Virus record (IMG/VR): IMGVR_UViG_3300033518_000155
Location: 1 to 34,155 of that record
Strand: one strand, 5' to 3'
Origin: a virus
DNA: 34,155 bases
Under the pieces are notes generated by a model that was not told where the DNA came from, searched no databases, and saw nothing but the letters and a program-made list of their open reading frames with translations. Shown in pieces: positions 31,774 to 34,155 of the stretch. The position numbers and the translations under genes were made by a program. Positions within the stretch are counted from its first letter, which is position 1. Each line of letters opens with the position of its first letter.

Positions 31774-34155
31774 ACCAGAAAGTTCCGTTTGATATTATAG
31801 TTATTTTTTCCCCTGGATTCAAAACTTTTGTTGAGCTTGTATCTATCATTTGTGTTGAGAACGGGTCAAGCGTTATGACTCCAGCACCAACGTTCTTAAA
31901 TGTGTATTTTTCACCTTGAAGCCCTATTGCTGTAGGTAATGGTTGAGTAAATGTTCCTGTATTAAATATTACAACATCATCACTCCTAAGTACTGTTGTC
32001 GCACTAGATACAGTTCTTATTGAGTATACGTTTGTTACGATTCTATCCCATTTTGGAATTGAAGCGTCAACACATAAGTATTTACCTGATTGCCATGTAG
32101 CAATCTCTTGAAGCGTTCCTGCAGGTCTACTTGCTGGCGTAGCATGTAGTGGGTCTGATTGTAGTGAACGAATAATAAATCTACCTCTAAACGTCAATAG
32201 CTCGGTGCTATTAAGTCCAAAATAAGAAAGCGGCCCGTAATAGGAAAGTCCTGTCGTAAGTTGTATTGATGTGAAGCTTTCTAACGTAGCAAAAATACTA
32301 TTGAAATAGAACGCATGAGTGAACGTACAATTCTGCATTAGTCCCAATATCGTATTTGACCTAAAGGCATTTGAGATATCGTAGAACACACAAAAGTTTA
32401 TACCATAAACTGTCGAAGTAATAACGTTAGTAGCAAAATATGAGTTTGATATAGATACAATGAAACTGTTTATAATACTTTGAGCAAAATATGAGTTTGA
32501 TATAGAACTAACTGGTGTGTTTGTAATATTACCAATACAGGCAACACCATTCAATGACGTAACCACCGATGATACAATTCCTGTTATCGTTGAGTTTGTA
32601 CAACTGTGTACTTGTGAACTGTCTACATTTCTCAATGTACTTGAAGTAGCATTGACATAAGGGCTCTTTTTTAATATATAAGTTTGACCGTTTACCATGT
32701 TTACTTTGGTAGAAGTAGTCGCACCTAACAATGTATATCGCTCTCCGCTGATTTCACTCGCTGTTATTTGAGTGATATTAGCATGTGAAACGATATCATA
32801 TTCATACCCGACATTTCTCAACATACTTGTATTGAGAACTTGGTCATAGTTTCTTAATCCGTTCGTGTTGAACGTTGCATACTTTACTCCTGTCGTAAGG
32901 TCGGGGCTAAAACTTCCTGCACCAGACGCTTGGTTAGTATTACCCATGAATCGTATATCCTCACAGATATGAGCCCAATACAATCCCTCTGCAGGAGCTG
33001 TTGTAGTTGTTCTAATACATACAAAAATTCTACCATTGTATTTTCTAACTGTACCAACAGATGATGTCCCCGCAGACCATGGAGTCGCGGAGGTCTTGTA
33101 TCGGTAAAACTGTTGTGAACGATAGTCAGCCTCTACAAAAAGATTATTAATATAGTTTTTACGAGCTACAATACGCCCATAAAATGCTAAGTCTAATGAT
33201 TTCCAAGTCATCGTAAAATATGAGTTGATACTACCAAGAGAGGTCAGGTCAAAGTTATTACCGATATCAATAAAGATACCTGTTATTGGATTCAATTCCC
33301 ATGCAGTACCCTCGTTTAATCTATGGTAAATAAATTCCCCGTCTCCTTTTACACTAATAGTAAATGTCTCATCTCTAATCCCGTCGTAGAATGCTTGAAA
33401 GTCACCTCCTAATTGAACAGTTGAACTATCAATAATTTCATCTATCCAAACATCACCAGATATCGAGAAAGGAGGGACAGTTATTACTCCTGTATAGTTT
33501 GAAAGTACATTGATAGTCATTGTGTAATACCCGTACCAATTCAAACCAGTAAAATCTATTGCTAGAGTTAAGTCAGTTATAGTTTGAGTTACAGGGTCAT
33601 AAGTCCAGTCGGTACCTTCGTTTGCGTCTGTATAGATGAGCGGACTTCCACCCCATCCAGCATCAACGTATAGTTGGAAACTTCCATCTCGTACTCGGTC
33701 TTCGAATCCATCAGTAGCACCAATAACTGTACCAACAATCTGCATGTTACTTCCATCAAGAGGAATAAATCCTAGATAGGTACTGTTGTTAATCAAGGAA
33801 CCACCTCCATCTCCTGAACCTGATGGTTCTACTACTTCTCCTAATGTCTGTGCTACATGGTTCGTAGTAATCGGTGTTGGATTTTGAAAGAAAGTAATTT
33901 CTTCTTTATTAAATGTTTTTGAATACCCAACAGGGTTTATTGTGTTTTCAGAAGAAGCAAGTAAGTAAATTTCCTCTGGGTCTCCATCGACGATAGGGGT
34001 AAGTCCATCATCATAATAAAGCTGTATAGGTGTACCAGATGAATCATAGGTAAGTGCATTTAATCCTGCATGGTATTCATCAGTTGATGTAGGAGCGTTT
34101 GATATTTTATAGTTTCCTCTAAAGTCTGTTACTAGATACCATTGGTTTGGAATAA
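31763..34155 (-). CDS. Tail fibre, central and C-terminal part (the same gene as 1..847; beta-helix-like C-terminal region)
   Basis: The track ORF begins at a TTG (33796), but the frame stays open to the window edge: ...YYDDGLTPIVDGDPEEIYLLASSENTINPVGYSKTFNKEEITFFQNPTPITTNHVAQTLGEVVEPSGSGDGGGSLINNSTYL.... The repetitive ISNSYFA rungs suggest a parallel beta-helix. Confidence 0.8.
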   Translation of the reverse strand, partial: IPNQWYLVTDFRGNYKISNAPTSTDEYHAGLNALTYDSSGTPIQLYYDDGLTPIVDGDPEEIYLLASSENTINPVGYSKTFNKEEITFFQNPTPITTNHVAQTLGEVVEPSGSGDGGGSLINNSTYLGFIPLDGSNMQIVGTVIGATDGFEDRVRDGSFQLYVDAGWGGSPLIYTDANEGTDWTYDPVTQTITDLTLAIDFTGLNWYGYYTMTINVLSNYTGVITVPPFSISGDVWIDEIIDSSTVQLGGDFQAFYDGIRDETFTISVKGDGEFIYHRLNEGTAWELNPITGIFIDIGNNFDLTSLGSINSYFTMTWKSLDLAFYGRIVARKNYINNLFVEADYRSQQFYRYKTSATPWSAGTSSVGTVRKYNGRIFVCIRTTTTAPAEGLYWAHICEDIRFMGNTNQASGAGSFSPDLTTGVKYATFNTNGLRNYDQVLNTSMLRNVGYEYDIVSHANITQITASEISGERYTLLGATTSTKVNMVNGQTYILKKSPYVNATSSTLRNVDSSQVHSCTNSTITGIVSSVVTSLNGVACIGNITNTPVSSISNSYFAQSIINSFIVSISNSYFATNVITSTVYGINFCVFYDISNAFRSNTILGLMQNCTFTHAFYFNSIFATLESFTSIQLTTGLSYYGPLSYFGLNSTELLTFRGRFIIRSLQSDPLHATPASRPAGTLQEIATWQSGKYLCVDASIPKWDRIVTNVYSIRTVSSATTVLRSDDVVIFNTGTFTQPLPTAIGLQGEKYTFKNVGAGVITLDPFSTQMIDTSSTKVLNPGEKITIISNGTFWYEV
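34015..34155. repeat. Terminal direct repeat, copy B (identical to 1..141)
   Basis: Same 141 nt as the window start; position 1 is equivalent to 34015, giving a 34,014-bp unit. Confidence 0.9.

Noticed and set aside
1-34155. Possible alternative genetic code or stop-codon reassignment.
   Set aside because: All large genes translate uninterrupted with the standard code and end in TAA, TAG or TGA. The only broken gene is explained by a homopolymer frameshift.

Overview
The window is one complete, circularly closed dsDNA phage genome. The unit is 34,014 bp, and 1..141 is identical to 34015..34155, a 141-bp terminal overlap. It is AT-rich, and every credible protein gene lies on the minus strand; the plus-strand ORFs in the track are antisense shadows. 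Transcription runs from high to low coordinates.

Gene order:
- Early genes (29899 down to 28023): small proteins, two small membrane/secreted proteins and a membrane-anchored lysozyme-like protein.
- Replication and modification (27911 down to 24754): a lambda-O-like initiator with four internal iterons, a beta-class DNA methyltransferase broken at an A7 tract, and a metallophosphoesterase.
- Recombination (24396 down to 20859): Erf, a DUF3127-like OB-fold protein ending in the SSB tip DIPF, a PD-(D/E)XK exonuclease and a NinG/Rap-like protein.
- Small accessory genes (20739 down to 16895): YopX, Zn-ribbon proteins, a DUF5664-like protein and a start-less relic of a C5 cytosine methyltransferase.
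- Late operon (16453 down to 915): TerS, TerL, portal, scaffold, major capsid, adaptor/tail proteins, a tail fibre and three large internal-virion-type proteins.
- A 1032-aa tail-fibre gene that starts at 847 and wraps across the contig junction to 31763.
- Lysis cassette (31773 down to 30184): holin, M15 endolysin and a small membrane protein.

No DNA polymerase, helicase, RNA polymerase, integrase or repressor is recognisable. The virion module looks podovirus-like, since no tube, sheath or tape-measure set is visible; this is inference.

Main non-protein features:
- A 1.2-kb ORF-free, hairpin-dense gap (22262..23469) with an embedded tRNA-Ile(UAU) and TTTACAG repeats. It is a candidate large structured RNA and/or control region.
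- Many extended -10 boxes (TGnTATAAT) only 6-8 nt upstream of ATG codons, implying leaderless mRNAs. Shine-Dalgarno sequences are almost absent.
- More than ten intrinsic terminators inside the one-directional gene array.
- A conserved hairpin-plus-CGTTAATCA leader element.
- One plus-strand promoter driving a structured ~320-nt transcript at 16.6-16.9 kb.

The host cannot be assigned from sequence alone.
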